In this document: positions 9,189 to 18,361 of the stretch, piece after piece
How the letters are laid out: every line of letters begins with the position of its first letter
How positions within the stretch are numbered: position 1 is the first letter of the stretch
DNA from: a virus
Lineage: Duplodnaviria > Caudoviricetes
Virus record (IMG/VR): IMGVR_UViG_3300046836_000171
Coordinates: 1-54,043 of that record
Strand: one strand, 5' to 3'
Length of the DNA: 54,043 bases
Position numbers and translations under genes: made by a program
Notes under the pieces: generated by a model
Seen by the model: the letters and a program-made list of their open reading frames with translations, nothing else
What the model was told of the DNA's origin: nothing
Database searches by the model: none

Positions 9189-9925
9189 GCGCCTACCTCG
9201 ACTTCACCGAAGCCCAGGCGCTCACCGTGCTGCGCAGCTTCCTGCTGAGCATCCTTCCGCCAATCGAGGTTGTCCGCGGCCAGATCAACCGGGTCGGCGA
9301 GCCCACCGCCGGCGACTTCGTGGTGATGACGCCGATCCTGCGCACGCGCCTCGAGACGAACACGCCGACCTACATGGACGCAGTTTTCACCGGCTCGATC
9401 GCGGCGACCACGCTCACGGTCTCGGCGGTGGCGCACGGCTCGATCCTTGTCGGCGCACCCGTCGCGCCCGCGCCCGGCGGCCACTCGGTCGCCGATGAGA
9501 CCTACGTCGTCGCCCAGCTCACCGGCTCCGTGCCTGGAGACGTCGGGACCTACCGGGTGAGCGTCAGCCAGACGGTCGCCAGCGGCGGGCTGCTGGCCGG
9601 CGTGGTCGAGACGTTGCAGCCGACGCAGCTCACCGTCCAGCTCGACGTCCACGGCCCGGCCAGCGGCGACAACGCGCAGATCATCGCGACGCTGTTTCGA
9701 GACCCGATCGCCTGTCAGGCTTTCCGCGCTTCCGGCTTTCCGACGCAACCGCTCTACGCCTCCGACCCTGCGCAACGGCCCTTCCAAAACGCCCAGGATC
9801 AGATCGAATATCGATGGGGCGTCGATGCGGTGATTCAGGTAAACCCCGCCGTCTCGACTCTCCAGCAGTTCGCGGCTAGCCTCGCCGCAACGCTTGTCAG
9901 CGTCGATGCGACCTACCCGCCTTAA
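9185..9925 (+). CDS. Tail terminator/neck protein with an inserted beta module
   Basis: GQ.NRV.EP...FVVMTP, VQLDVHGP.S.DNA, PLYA.DP and EYRW motifs; ATGA overlap. Confidence 0.8.
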   Translation: MSAYLDFTEAQALTVLRSFLLSILPPIEVVRGQINRVGEPTAGDFVVMTPILRTRLETNTPTYMDAVFTGSIAATTLTVSAVAHGSILVGAPVAPAPGGHSVADETYVVAQLTGSVPGDVGTYRVSVSQTVASGGLLAGVVETLQPTQLTVQLDVHGPASGDNAQIIATLFRDPIACQAFRASGFPTQPLYASDPAQRPFQNAQDQIEYRWGVDAVIQVNPAVSTLQQFAASLAATLVSVDATYPP

Positions 9926-9937
9926 GGGGGCTCAAGG

Positions 9938-11656
9938 ATGAGTGTTCAGCTCGCGATCCCGGCTTCGCAGCTTGTCGCTGTCAACCCCGGCGTCATCACG
10001 GCCGCCGGCGCGGCCGCCGATCTGTTGGGGCTGTTCCTGACCGAGTCGACGCGGGTTCCGATCGGGGCCGTCAACAGCTTCCCCACGCAAAGCGCCGTGG
10101 CCGCCTACTTCGGCGGCAACTCGGCCGAAGCGGCCAAGGCCGCCGTCTACTTCCTGGGCTTCGACAACTCGGCCCTGAAGCCGGCGGCGATGCTCTTCGC
10201 GCAATGCCCCTACGCGGGGCCGGTGGCCGCCTACCTGCGCGGCGGCAACATCAGCGGGCTGACGCTGACCCAACTCCAGGCGATCAGCGGCGTCATCACC
10301 CTGACGATCGACGGGCATCCCTTTACGTCCGGCAACATCAACCTGTCGGGCGCGACGTCCTTCTCGGATGCGGCCGCCACCATTCAGACCGCGCTCGGCG
10401 CGTCCGACGCGACCGTCACGGGCTCGATCGCCGCGACCACCCTCACCGTGAGCGCGGTCGGCGCTGGCGCGCTGGCGGTGGGACAGGTGATCAGCGGCTC
10501 GGGCATCACGGTCGGGACCCGGATCACCGCCCTGGGCTCGGGCTCGGGCGGGACCGGGACCTACACGGTCGCCCCCTCGCAGAGCGCCAGCTCGACCAGC
10601 ATCACCGCCGGCGCGGTCGGCGTCAGCTTCGACAGTCAGTCCGGCGCGTTCGTGATCACCGCCGGGACGCCCGACGACACCGGCTCGATCACCTTCGCCA
10701 GCGGCTCAGCGGCCGCCGGCCTCATGCTGACGTCGGCGACGGGCGCCGTCCTCAGCCAAGGCGCTGATCAGGTGGGCTCCGACGTCACGCCGGCCGAGTT
10801 CATGGACGGGATCGTGGACGTGACGACCAATTGGGCGACGCTGGTCACGGTGTTCGCCCCGATCACCGCCGACAAGGTGGCGTTCGCCGATTGGGTCAAC
10901 GCCCAGAACAACCGCTTCGTCTACGCCATGTGGGACACCGACATTACCGCGACGGAGTCCAACGACTCGGCGTCGGCCGGCGCGCAGATCATCGCCAAGG
11001 GCGACTCGGGGACGATCCCGATCTACGAGCCCAGCGACCTGAACCACGCGGCGTTCGTCGCCGGCTACTTCGCGTCGATCGACTTCACCCAGCCGAACGG
11101 CCGCGTGACGCTCGCCTACCGCAAGCAGCAAGGACTCACGGTCGGCGTCACCAACCAGACGACCGCCGCCCAGCTCTTGCTGAACGGTTACAACTTTTAT
11201 GGCGAATACTCGACGTCGAACGCCGACTTCAACCTGTTCCAGAACGGCTCGATCACCGGCCCGTTCGCCTGGGCGGACAGCTACGCGAACCAGATTTGGC
11301 TGAACGCCCAGCTCCAGCTCGCGCTGCTGACGCTCCTGCAACAGACCTTCTCGATCCCGTACAATCAGGAGGGCTACAACCTGATCGCCGCGGCCGCCGC
11401 GGACCCGATCAACGCCGCCCTCGCCTTCGGCGCCATCCGCGCCGGCGTGACGCTCAGCCAAGCCGAAATCGCGGAAGTGAACAACGCCGCCGGGCTCGAC
11501 GTCGCCACGACGCTGCAAAATCGCGGCTGGTATCTCCAGATCAAGGATGCGGACCCGAGCGTTCGCATCGCGCGGGGATCGCCGCCGATCACGTTCTGGT
11601 ACATGGACGGCCAGAGCGTCCAGAAGATCACTCTGGACTCGGTCGAAATCCAGTAG
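9938..11656 (+). CDS. Contractile tail sheath (DUF3383-like)
   Basis: IPAS.LV.V.PGVI, V..YFG..S.E, NGYNFYG.Y, W.DSY.NQIWL, IPYN..GY and FWYMDG.SVQ.I motifs. Confidence 0.93.
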   Translation: MSVQLAIPASQLVAVNPGVITAAGAAADLLGLFLTESTRVPIGAVNSFPTQSAVAAYFGGNSAEAAKAAVYFLGFDNSALKPAAMLFAQCPYAGPVAAYLRGGNISGLTLTQLQAISGVITLTIDGHPFTSGNINLSGATSFSDAAATIQTALGASDATVTGSIAATTLTVSAVGAGALAVGQVISGSGITVGTRITALGSGSGGTGTYTVAPSQSASSTSITAGAVGVSFDSQSGAFVITAGTPDDTGSITFASGSAAAGLMLTSATGAVLSQGADQVGSDVTPAEFMDGIVDVTTNWATLVTVFAPITADKVAFADWVNAQNNRFVYAMWDTDITATESNDSASAGAQIIAKGDSGTIPIYEPSDLNHAAFVAGYFASIDFTQPNGRVTLAYRKQQGLTVGVTNQTTAAQLLLNGYNFYGEYSTSNADFNLFQNGSITGPFAWADSYANQIWLNAQLQLALLTLLQQTFSIPYNQEGYNLIAAAAADPINAALAFGAIRAGVTLSQAEIAEVNNAAGLDVATTLQNRGWYLQIKDADPSVRIARGSPPITFWYMDGQSVQKITLDSVEIQ

Positions 11657-11671
11657 GGGCGGGCTGACAGC

Positions 11672-12112
11672 ATGGCGAACAATCGGACCCTCACGGCGGC
11701 GGACGTGCTGATCACCCTCAGCGTCGCTGAGGTCTTCGGCGCGCCGTTCACGCTGCACGGCTTCGCGACCGATGACGTCTACGACATGCCGGAAATCGAC
11801 GTCGCCGAGACCGCGATGGGCGTCGATGGGCGCCTGTCGGCCGGCTTCGTCTTCCGGCCGGTGACGCAAGCCTACATGCTCCAGGCGGACAGCCTCTCGA
11901 TCGACCAGTTCGAAACGATCTACGCCCAGCAGCAACAGAATCGGTCGGTCTACGCCTTCACCGGAATCACCACTCTCCTAGCGGTCGGCAAGCAGTACGC
12001 CATGAACCGCGGCTTCCTGCGCAACTACAGCCCGGCCGCGGCCGGCAAGCGCATCCTCCAGCCGCGGCGCTTCGGGATCGAGTGGGAATCGGTGCTTCCT
12101 CAACCCGTCTGA
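11672..12112 (+). CDS. Tail tube protein (DUF3277-like)
   Basis: TLT.AD, L.GFA.DD, MGVDG.LSAG.V, LQADS.S and LQPR.F.I.WE motifs. Confidence 0.9.
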   Translation: MANNRTLTAADVLITLSVAEVFGAPFTLHGFATDDVYDMPEIDVAETAMGVDGRLSAGFVFRPVTQAYMLQADSLSIDQFETIYAQQQQNRSVYAFTGITTLLAVGKQYAMNRGFLRNYSPAAAGKRILQPRRFGIEWESVLPQPV

Positions 12113-12115
12113 ACC

Positions 12116-12149
12116 CTGGGTCAAATCTGACCCGGATTTGACCCAGATT
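12116..12149. repeat. Intergenic inverted repeat overlapping an 11-bp tandem repeat
   Basis: CTGGGTCAAATC(12116-27)/GATTTGACCCAG(12135-46); TGACCCGGATT-TGACCCAGATT. Confidence 0.8.
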
Positions 12150-12162
12150 TGAGGTAGCGCGC

Positions 12163-12645
12163 ATGGGCCGCAAGGTCGCTGAGGTCATCATCCCGGCCGA
12201 CGATCCCGGCCGCGACAAGGGCAAGAAGTTCCGCATCACCGAAATGCCCGCGCTCCAGGCTGAGCGCTGGGCGATCCGCGCGATCACCGCGATCGGCAAG
12301 GCGGGGATCGAGGTCCCCGACGAAGCCCTCGACCTTGGAATGGGCGCGCTGGCCGGCGTGGCCCTGCGCGCGATCGTCCAGATCGAGTTCGATGACGCGA
12401 TGCCGCTGCTGGCCGAAATGATGGCGTGCGTTCAGCGCGACATGGGGAACGGCGTGGTCCGCGCGCTGACGGAAGACGATATCGAAGAGGTCCCCACGAT
12501 CCTCAAGCTGCGCGGGGAGACGATCGCGCTGCATGTGGGTTTTTCGATGGCCGACGTCATGTCGAGACTCCGGTCTGGATCGGCGTCGGCCTTACCAGCG
12601 AACTCATCCGACCCCGCAACGTCCCCCTCAACATCGCAACCGTGA
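12163..12645 (+). CDS. Tail assembly chaperone (gpG-like)
   Basis: GRDKGK.F.ITEMPA.QAE.WA.RA and DDIEEV.T.LKLR motifs; lies between tube and tape measure. Confidence 0.88.
   Translation: MGRKVAEVIIPADDPGRDKGKKFRITEMPALQAERWAIRAITAIGKAGIEVPDEALDLGMGALAGVALRAIVQIEFDDAMPLLAEMMACVQRDMGNGVVRALTEDDIEEVPTILKLRGETIALHVGFSMADVMSRLRSGSASALPANSSDPATSPSTSQP
12537..12543 (+). other. -1 programmed frameshift slippery site G GGT TTT
   Basis: In-phase X XXY YYZ heptamer; the -1 frame is open to 12779. Confidence 0.8.
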
Positions 12646-12779
12646 TCCAGGGGCGGCTTGCGACGCTGGCGGAACTTGATTCCGTCTACGGGGTGGAAGA
12701 CCTTCACGACATGCTAGAGCTGCTGATGGTCGAGGCGGTGAATCGCAAGATCATCGACCGGGACGCGGAAGAGGGCTGA
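12543..12779 (+). CDS. Frameshifted C-terminal part of the tail chaperone (gpGT-like)
   Basis: The -1 frame encodes ATLAELDSVYGVEDLHDMLELL, typical of gpT segments. Confidence 0.78.
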   Translation, partial: FDGRRHVETPVWIGVGLTSELIRPRNVPLNIATVIQGRLATLAELDSVYGVEDLHDMLELLMVEAVNRKIIDRDAEEG

Positions 12780-12788
12780 GGGACCGGG

Positions 12789-14498
12789 GTGGCCGACGTC
12801 GTAGACGCCTTCGTTGTCACGCTGGGGCTGAAGGACGATGATTTCGTTCGTCACGCCCGCATCGTGCTTGAGCTCCAAAAGAAGATGCGCGAGGAAGCGC
12901 ATCAGCAGACCAAGGAGACCCAGGAAAACGCGGCGAAGTCGGTCGCCAGCTTCGCCTCGATCAAGCGCGAAGTGCTGGGGCTAACCAGCCTGATCCTGGG
13001 CGGGATGGGGATCACCGAGTTCGTCCAGAAGACGATCGCGCTCACCGCCAACGTCGGCCGCCTCAGCACGATCCTGGGCCAATCGACCGAACAGATCAGC
13101 GCGTGGCAGGGCGCGATCCGCGCGATGGGCGGGACGTCCGAAGAGGCGTCGGGCGATCTGATGAAGATCGTCCAGGCGTTCGAAGATATCCAGCTCACCG
13201 GCAACAGCCCGATGATCCCGGTGCTGCGCCAGCTCGGGTTCGGGCTCGATGACCTGAAGGACCCGACCGCCTTCCTGCTGAAGCTGAGCGACCGCCTCTC
13301 GGCCATGCCGGACAAGCGCGAGGCGTTCAACCTGGGCTCGCGGCTGGGGCTCAGCCCCGAAATGGTCAACCTGCTGATCCAGGGACGCAAGGTCACGCAG
13401 GAATATCTCGACGCAGCCGCCAAGGCGTACCCGATCCACCAGCGCGACGCGGCCGCCGCGATCGAGGCGCAGAAGCAATTCAGCCTGCTGCGGGACTCAT
13501 GGCAACGGCTCGGGAACACCGTGCTGGTGGAGCTGGCGCCCTCGCTGATCAAGCTGGCGGACGGGCTTGAGGGCATCGCGCTCTTCCTGAACCAGAATCC
13601 GGCGCTGGCGATGACCGGCTTTGGGGTGGCGATGTTCTTCGCCGCGTCGGGCGCGTTCCGTCTCGCCGCCGGCTTGGCGGCCGCCGGCGCGGCCAACATC
13701 GCCACGATCGCGCGCATCCTCGCCTTGCTGGCTGGCGTGCCTGGGGCCGCCGTGGCCGGCGGCGCGGCGCTCAGCCTGATCCCCGGCAGGGCGCGCGGAT
13801 CGCTGGCGGGCGCGGGCGCGGGCCGCTCGATCGATGAACAGATCGCGGCGCTGCAAAAGCAGCTCGCCGACCCCGACGCCCCCAAAGCCTACGTTCAGCG
13901 CCGGCTGGCCGAGCTTCTCGCCAAGCGCGCCGTTCTCGGCGGCAAGGCCGACTTCGCGACGCCGATCGGCGCGGGGGCCGTTCCCGCCCAGCTCGCCGCC
14001 GGCGGGTCGGTTCCGGGTCAGGTGGCCGCGTTCTTCCAGGCGCACGGCGCGAGCGCGGCCGGCGCGGCCGGGATCGGCGCGGGCGTCGCCGCCGAAGGCG
14101 GGAGCGAGTTCGCGCGCGACCAGTATGACAGCCGCGGACGCTACGCCTACGGCGTCTTCCAACTGCGCGGCGCGCTCCAGAAGAAGCTGTTCGCGCAATA
14201 CGGGCCGAACGCCAACCTCGCCCAGCAGCTTCAGTTCGTGCTGGGCCAGCTCAAGACTGATCCCAGCCTGGGGGGCGCGTCGATCTTCGGCGCCACGAAC
14301 CCGGTCGCCGCGCTTCAGACCTTCATCGCGCAGTTCTTGCGCCCGGGGCGCGGCGCGGCCGGCGATCTGGAGCGGGGCGCGCGGGCGCTGCATATCGGGA
14401 CATTGATCATTCACGCCGGCGCGGGCGCTGACGGGCGGCAGATCGCCCGCGACCTTCAGGCCGAGCTGATCGCCCAGGGCAACAGGGGGATGAGCTGA
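12789..14498 (+). CDS. Tape measure protein with a C-terminal lysozyme-like domain
   Basis: Position after the chaperone; helical Ala-rich body; C-terminal AAGIGAGVAAEGG...AYGVFQ..G...QL.FV..L resembles tail lysozyme domains. Confidence 0.85.
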   Translation: MADVVDAFVVTLGLKDDDFVRHARIVLELQKKMREEAHQQTKETQENAAKSVASFASIKREVLGLTSLILGGMGITEFVQKTIALTANVGRLSTILGQSTEQISAWQGAIRAMGGTSEEASGDLMKIVQAFEDIQLTGNSPMIPVLRQLGFGLDDLKDPTAFLLKLSDRLSAMPDKREAFNLGSRLGLSPEMVNLLIQGRKVTQEYLDAAAKAYPIHQRDAAAAIEAQKQFSLLRDSWQRLGNTVLVELAPSLIKLADGLEGIALFLNQNPALAMTGFGVAMFFAASGAFRLAAGLAAAGAANIATIARILALLAGVPGAAVAGGAALSLIPGRARGSLAGAGAGRSIDEQIAALQKQLADPDAPKAYVQRRLAELLAKRAVLGGKADFATPIGAGAVPAQLAAGGSVPGQVAAFFQAHGASAAGAAGIGAGVAAEGGSEFARDQYDSRGRYAYGVFQLRGALQKKLFAQYGPNANLAQQLQFVLGQLKTDPSLGGASIFGATNPVAALQTFIAQFLRPGRGAAGDLERGARALHIGTLIIHAGAGADGRQIARDLQAELIAQGNRGMS

Positions 14499-15400
14499 TG
14501 CCGCTCTATCCGATCGTTCCCGATCTGCCCGGTGTCCCGCCGGTCGCGCGCTCGGCGGTCAACGCGCTCGGGCTTCTCGCCAGCGGCCAAGGCACGATCC
14601 GCGACACCACGCTGACCGTCAGCCAGCTTGTCGGCGCAGCGCTCAACCCCGGCCAGTTCCTCAGCGGGGCCGGGCTGGCGTCGGGCGTGCAGATCGTCGC
14701 TCAGCTCGCGGGCGTCACTGGCGGCCTTGGCGACTACCGGCTCAGCCAAGCGGCCAACATCGCCGGGCTGGCGTTCGCCACGTCGCACTTCTTCGCCCCG
14801 ACGCTGGCGACGTTCGACGGGATCAGCTCGGCGCTCATCGGCGGCGCGGCCGGCGATCGGCCTCAGTGGGGCGTCTTCGATGACGCCGGCGAGCTGGTGA
14901 TCGCGCCTGACAGCGTGGTAGATTTCGACCTGCGCGCCGAACAGCGCCTCGCGATCTTCCCGATCGAGAAGGGGTCCTTCGGGTCCTACAACAAGGTGGC
15001 GATGCCTTTCGAGGCGCGCATGAAGATGAACAAGGCCGGGACCGAGTCCGACCGGACGGACTTCCTGAACGCCTGCGACGCCGCGCTGAAGAGCCTGAAG
15101 CTCTACACAGCGGTGACGCCCGAAGTGACCTATGACAACGCCAGCGTGGAACACTACGACTACCGGCGCACCAGCGAGAACGGCGTGCAGCTCATCACCG
15201 TCGAGCTGTGGCTTCAGGAAGTCCGCGTCGCCGCGTCGCCCACCTTCAGCAATACCAAGACGCCCCAGGGGCAGGACGCCCAGCAGGACGGCGCGGTGCA
15301 GGCGCAGACGCCGACCACCCAGCAGGCCAGCCAAGCCAGCGCCGCGCTCGACGCCAACGGGCCGCTGGGCGGCGTGGGGGGACCACCGGGCGATGACTGA
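14498..15400 (+). CDS. Baseplate/tube-initiator protein with an inserted beta module
   Basis: VP.LPGVPP, QWG.FD, PIEKGSF.SYNKV..P, VTPE.TY and YDY.R motifs. Confidence 0.8.
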   Translation: MPLYPIVPDLPGVPPVARSAVNALGLLASGQGTIRDTTLTVSQLVGAALNPGQFLSGAGLASGVQIVAQLAGVTGGLGDYRLSQAANIAGLAFATSHFFAPTLATFDGISSALIGGAAGDRPQWGVFDDAGELVIAPDSVVDFDLRAEQRLAIFPIEKGSFGSYNKVAMPFEARMKMNKAGTESDRTDFLNACDAALKSLKLYTAVTPEVTYDNASVEHYDYRRTSENGVQLITVELWLQEVRVAASPTFSNTKTPQGQDAQQDGAVQAQTPTTQQASQASAALDANGPLGGVGGPPGDD

Positions 15401-15743
15401 AACCGAGCGCGGCTTCCTGCTGACGTCGATGAGCGACCGGGACGTGGCGAAGGCACTCAGGCGCTCGCTGGCATGGGTCCAGCGCGAGCGCGCGGTGCTG
15501 GCGGGCATGGAGCCCCAGCCGATCCAGCGGCGTCCCAGGCGGCCCGCTATGTGCAACGGGGGCCACGATGGATTGTCCAGCGCGCCCCAGGCGCTTCAGG
15601 CGCCCCCCAGGTACACAGTACCCCCAAGGGTCGCGCGCTGGGCTCTGTGGTTCCTGGGGGCCGGCTGGCCGGTGGCTGAGGTCAGCTACCTCTTCGACCA
15701 GACGCCCGCCGACCTTGAAGCGTTGCGGGAGCGCGCCGCCTGA
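15393..15743 (+). CDS. Hypothetical protein with HTH-like segments inserted in the baseplate operon
   Basis: Overlaps the upstream stop and has TGATG coupling downstream; MSDRDVAKALRRSLAWV and AGWPVAEVSYLF segments. Confidence 0.55.
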   Translation: MTETERGFLLTSMSDRDVAKALRRSLAWVQRERAVLAGMEPQPIQRRPRRPAMCNGGHDGLSSAPQALQAPPRYTVPPRVARWALWFLGAGWPVAEVSYLFDQTPADLEALRERAA

Positions 15744-16072
15744 TGCTGATCGTCCCGCTCCAGCCCGTCGTCGCTCAGACCCTCTCGATCGCGCTCGGCA
15801 ACCAGCCGTGTCAGCTCCGGGTCTACCAGAACGCCGCCGGGCTCTTCGTTGACCTGTATGTCAACAATGCCCTGATCATCGGCGGCGTCATCGCGCTCAA
15901 CGGGACGCGGATCGTGCGCGACGTCTACCTGGGCTTCGCGGGCGACCTCTTCTTCGCCGATATGTTCGCCACCCCGACGCAGCCGGGCGTCGATCCCACC
16001 GGCGGCGCGCAGCTCGGCGTCCGCTGGCTGCTGTTCTACTTGGAAGCATCAGAAATCGAGGGGGACGTCTGA
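15743..16072 (+). CDS. Baseplate protein (plug-like)
   Basis: VPLQ....Q.L...L.NQ.C, YLGF.GDL.F.D and LG.RW.L.Y motifs. Confidence 0.8.
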   Translation: MLIVPLQPVVAQTLSIALGNQPCQLRVYQNAAGLFVDLYVNNALIIGGVIALNGTRIVRDVYLGFAGDLFFADMFATPTQPGVDPTGGAQLGVRWLLFYLEASEIEGDV

Positions 16073-16136
16073 TGAGAACGAAATCGGAACTCGCCCCCTG
16101 TAGATTTTTGGTTCGCGATTCGTTCAGGGCGCGCTG

Positions 16137-17033
16137 ATGGCGTTCGTCCGGCGCAGGATCGACCTGAAGTTCCAGCTCGGGACCGGCTCATTCGGCGACA
16201 GCGGGATGAACACGGTCAACGTCACCGGGCTGCGCGTTCACGCCACCATCACCAAGGCCGGCGGGCTCGGCATGGCGACCGCGCATGTGGACGTCTACGG
16301 GCTCGACCCGAAGATCGCCAACCAGATCAGCACGCTCGGAAAGGTGCTGACCGCCGGGCGCAACAATACGATCACGATCAGCGCCGGCGACGACGATGCG
16401 GGGATGGCGGTCTGCTACATCGGCACGATCGACATGGCATGGAGCGACTACACCAACGCGCCCGACGCCAAGGTGCAGATCAGCGCCCACATGGGGCTGC
16501 TGGAGAACCTGAAGCCGATCGCGCCGACCAGCTTCAAGGGCTCGGCCGACGTCGCGACCATCCTTCAGACCCTCGCCGGGCAGATGGGATTCACGTTCGA
16601 GAACAACGGCGTCAGCGTGCAGCTCAGCAACCCCTACCTCTCGGGGACCGCGCGCGAGCAAGCCTATGCGGCCGCGGCCGCGGCGAACATCAACATCGTG
16701 ATGGACGATCAGCCCGGCGGCGTGAACACGCTGGCGATCTGGCCGAAGGACGGGCAACGGCAGGGGAACCCGCCGGCGATCGGGCCGGACACCGGGCTGG
16801 TCTCCTACCCGACGTGGATCGAGAACGGCGTGGTGCTGAAGTCGATCTTCAACCCGAAGATCATCGTCGGCGGGACTGTCGCGATCACCAGCTCGGTCCC
16901 CAACGCGAACGGGACGTGGCAAGTGTTCAACCTCCAGCACGATATCGAGTCGGAGTCGCCGGACGGGCCATGGTTCTCGACGGTGAGCTGCAACGTGCTG
17001 GGGCATCAGACGCCGCTGGCCGGGGGGCAGTAG
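16137..17033 (+). CDS. Baseplate hub protein
   Basis: GLRV.A.I, I.AGD, P.SFKG..DVA.I, FENNGV...L.NPYL.G and TGL..YP motifs. Confidence 0.85.
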   Translation: MAFVRRRIDLKFQLGTGSFGDSGMNTVNVTGLRVHATITKAGGLGMATAHVDVYGLDPKIANQISTLGKVLTAGRNNTITISAGDDDAGMAVCYIGTIDMAWSDYTNAPDAKVQISAHMGLLENLKPIAPTSFKGSADVATILQTLAGQMGFTFENNGVSVQLSNPYLSGTAREQAYAAAAAANINIVMDDQPGGVNTLAIWPKDGQRQGNPPAIGPDTGLVSYPTWIENGVVLKSIFNPKIIVGGTVAITSSVPNANGTWQVFNLQHDIESESPDGPWFSTVSCNVLGHQTPLAGGQ

Positions 17034-17636
17034 ATGGCCGGCTCGGATCAGGACTATCTCGGGCTGGCGCGCCCGGCGGACATGGGCTCGCACTTCAACG
17101 CGATCGCCTTCCTGATCAAGGCGATGACCGGCCAGCTCTGGACCGCGACGCTGGTCAAGGTGGTCGCCGTGACCGGCGGCGGCGGCGCGGTGGCGCTGGC
17201 CGGGACCGTGGACGTGCAGCCCTTGGTCAACCAGCTCGACGGGCAGGATCAGGCGACGCCGCATGGGACGATCTTCGGCGTCCCCTACTTCCGCGCGCAG
17301 GGTGGCGCGAACGCGATCATCCTCGACCCGCTGGTGGGCGACCTGGGGATCGCCGTCTTCGCCGATCACGACATTTCGAGCGTGGTCGCCAACAAGGGCG
17401 CCGCCAACCCCGGATCGCGGCGGCGCTTCAGCCCGTCCGATGCGCTCTATCTGGGCGGCTTCCTGAACGCGGTCCCGACCCAATACCTCGCCTTCGCCGG
17501 CGGGATCGACGTGGAGTCGCCCGGCGTGGCGTTCTCGGGCAATGTCACGGTCGGAAGCGGCTGGTCGGGGAGCTTCCCGACCGGGACCGGCCAGATCGTC
17601 ACCGTCGTGGCCGGCATCATCACGGACGTAACATGA
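17034..17636 (+). CDS. Baseplate spike (gp138/gpV-like N-terminal OB domain)
   Basis: GTVDVQPLV.Q.DG, VPY.R.QGG.NA.I.DP..GD.G, D.DIS.V and S.R....DA.Y.GG.LN motifs. Confidence 0.85.
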   Translation: MAGSDQDYLGLARPADMGSHFNAIAFLIKAMTGQLWTATLVKVVAVTGGGGAVALAGTVDVQPLVNQLDGQDQATPHGTIFGVPYFRAQGGANAIILDPLVGDLGIAVFADHDISSVVANKGAANPGSRRRFSPSDALYLGGFLNAVPTQYLAFAGGIDVESPGVAFSGNVTVGSGWSGSFPTGTGQIVTVVAGIITDVT

Positions 17637-17998
17637 GCTTCAACGCCGAGTTCTTCACCAACCTCGCCGCGCAGATCGAGAACACCGACTCGTGCGCCGA
17701 GCTGCAAACGCTGGTCGATCGGGCGTTCGCCCAGCTCGCCGACGTCAACGCCTTCATCGCCACCCAGCAGGCGCTTCTGGCGCCGCTGGCCTCTCTGCTG
17801 ACCGCGCCGACCGACCTCAGCGAGGTCATCACATGGATTACCGGGACGATTACGGTGTTCACGAATATGTATGCGCCGTATGCGAAGTACGCGACGCAGC
17901 TCACCGAGCTGGTCGCCGCGGTCGCCAGCCTGACGACGGCGATTAACGACGCGGCCGCCAGAATCGGCGACTGTAGCATCACCATCCCGCCGATCTGA
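17633..17998 (+). CDS. Helical hypothetical baseplate-region protein
   Basis: ATGA overlap with the spike gene; MSFNAEFF...C...C.I.IPPI. Confidence 0.7.
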   Translation: MSFNAEFFTNLAAQIENTDSCAELQTLVDRAFAQLADVNAFIATQQALLAPLASLLTAPTDLSEVITWITGTITVFTNMYAPYAKYATQLTELVAAVASLTTAINDAAARIGDCSITIPPI

Positions 17999-18007
17999 GG
18001 CACCCCC

Positions 18008-18358
18008 GTGGACACGCTGTTGCTCGATCAGGCGACGTGGGACCTGACGCTCGACGCGAGCGGGAACATGGCGGTCGCCAGCAACCCCTACTCGATCGCC
18101 CAGGATGCCGGCTCGGCGCTCAAGCTCTTCAGGGGCGAACTCTGGTATGACACCACCAAGGGCATCCCCTACTTCGAACAAGTCCTGGGCTCGCAGCCCC
18201 CGGTCGCGTTCCTGAAGGCGAAGTTCGTCACCGCGGCGCTCAGCGTTCCCGAGACCGTCCACGCGGCGGCCTTCATCGACGCGATCACCGCGCGTAAGGT
18301 CAACGGCCAAGTTCAGGTGACTACGAATAGCGGGATCGTCCTCCCGGTGGGGCTCTAG
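18008..18358 (+). CDS. Baseplate wedge / sheath initiator
   Basis: TLLLD..TWDL.LD..GN.A, AQD..S...LF.GE.WYD...GIPYF motifs. Confidence 0.85.
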   Translation: MDTLLLDQATWDLTLDASGNMAVASNPYSIAQDAGSALKLFRGELWYDTTKGIPYFEQVLGSQPPVAFLKAKFVTAALSVPETVHAAAFIDAITARKVNGQVQVTTNSGIVLPVGL

Positions 18359-18361
18359 CGC

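Noticed and set aside
16074-16126. Imperfect inverted repeat between baseplate genes (GAACGAAATCG...CGATTCGTTC)
   Set aside because: Weak, bulged stem with no U tract; insufficient support for a terminator or ncRNA.
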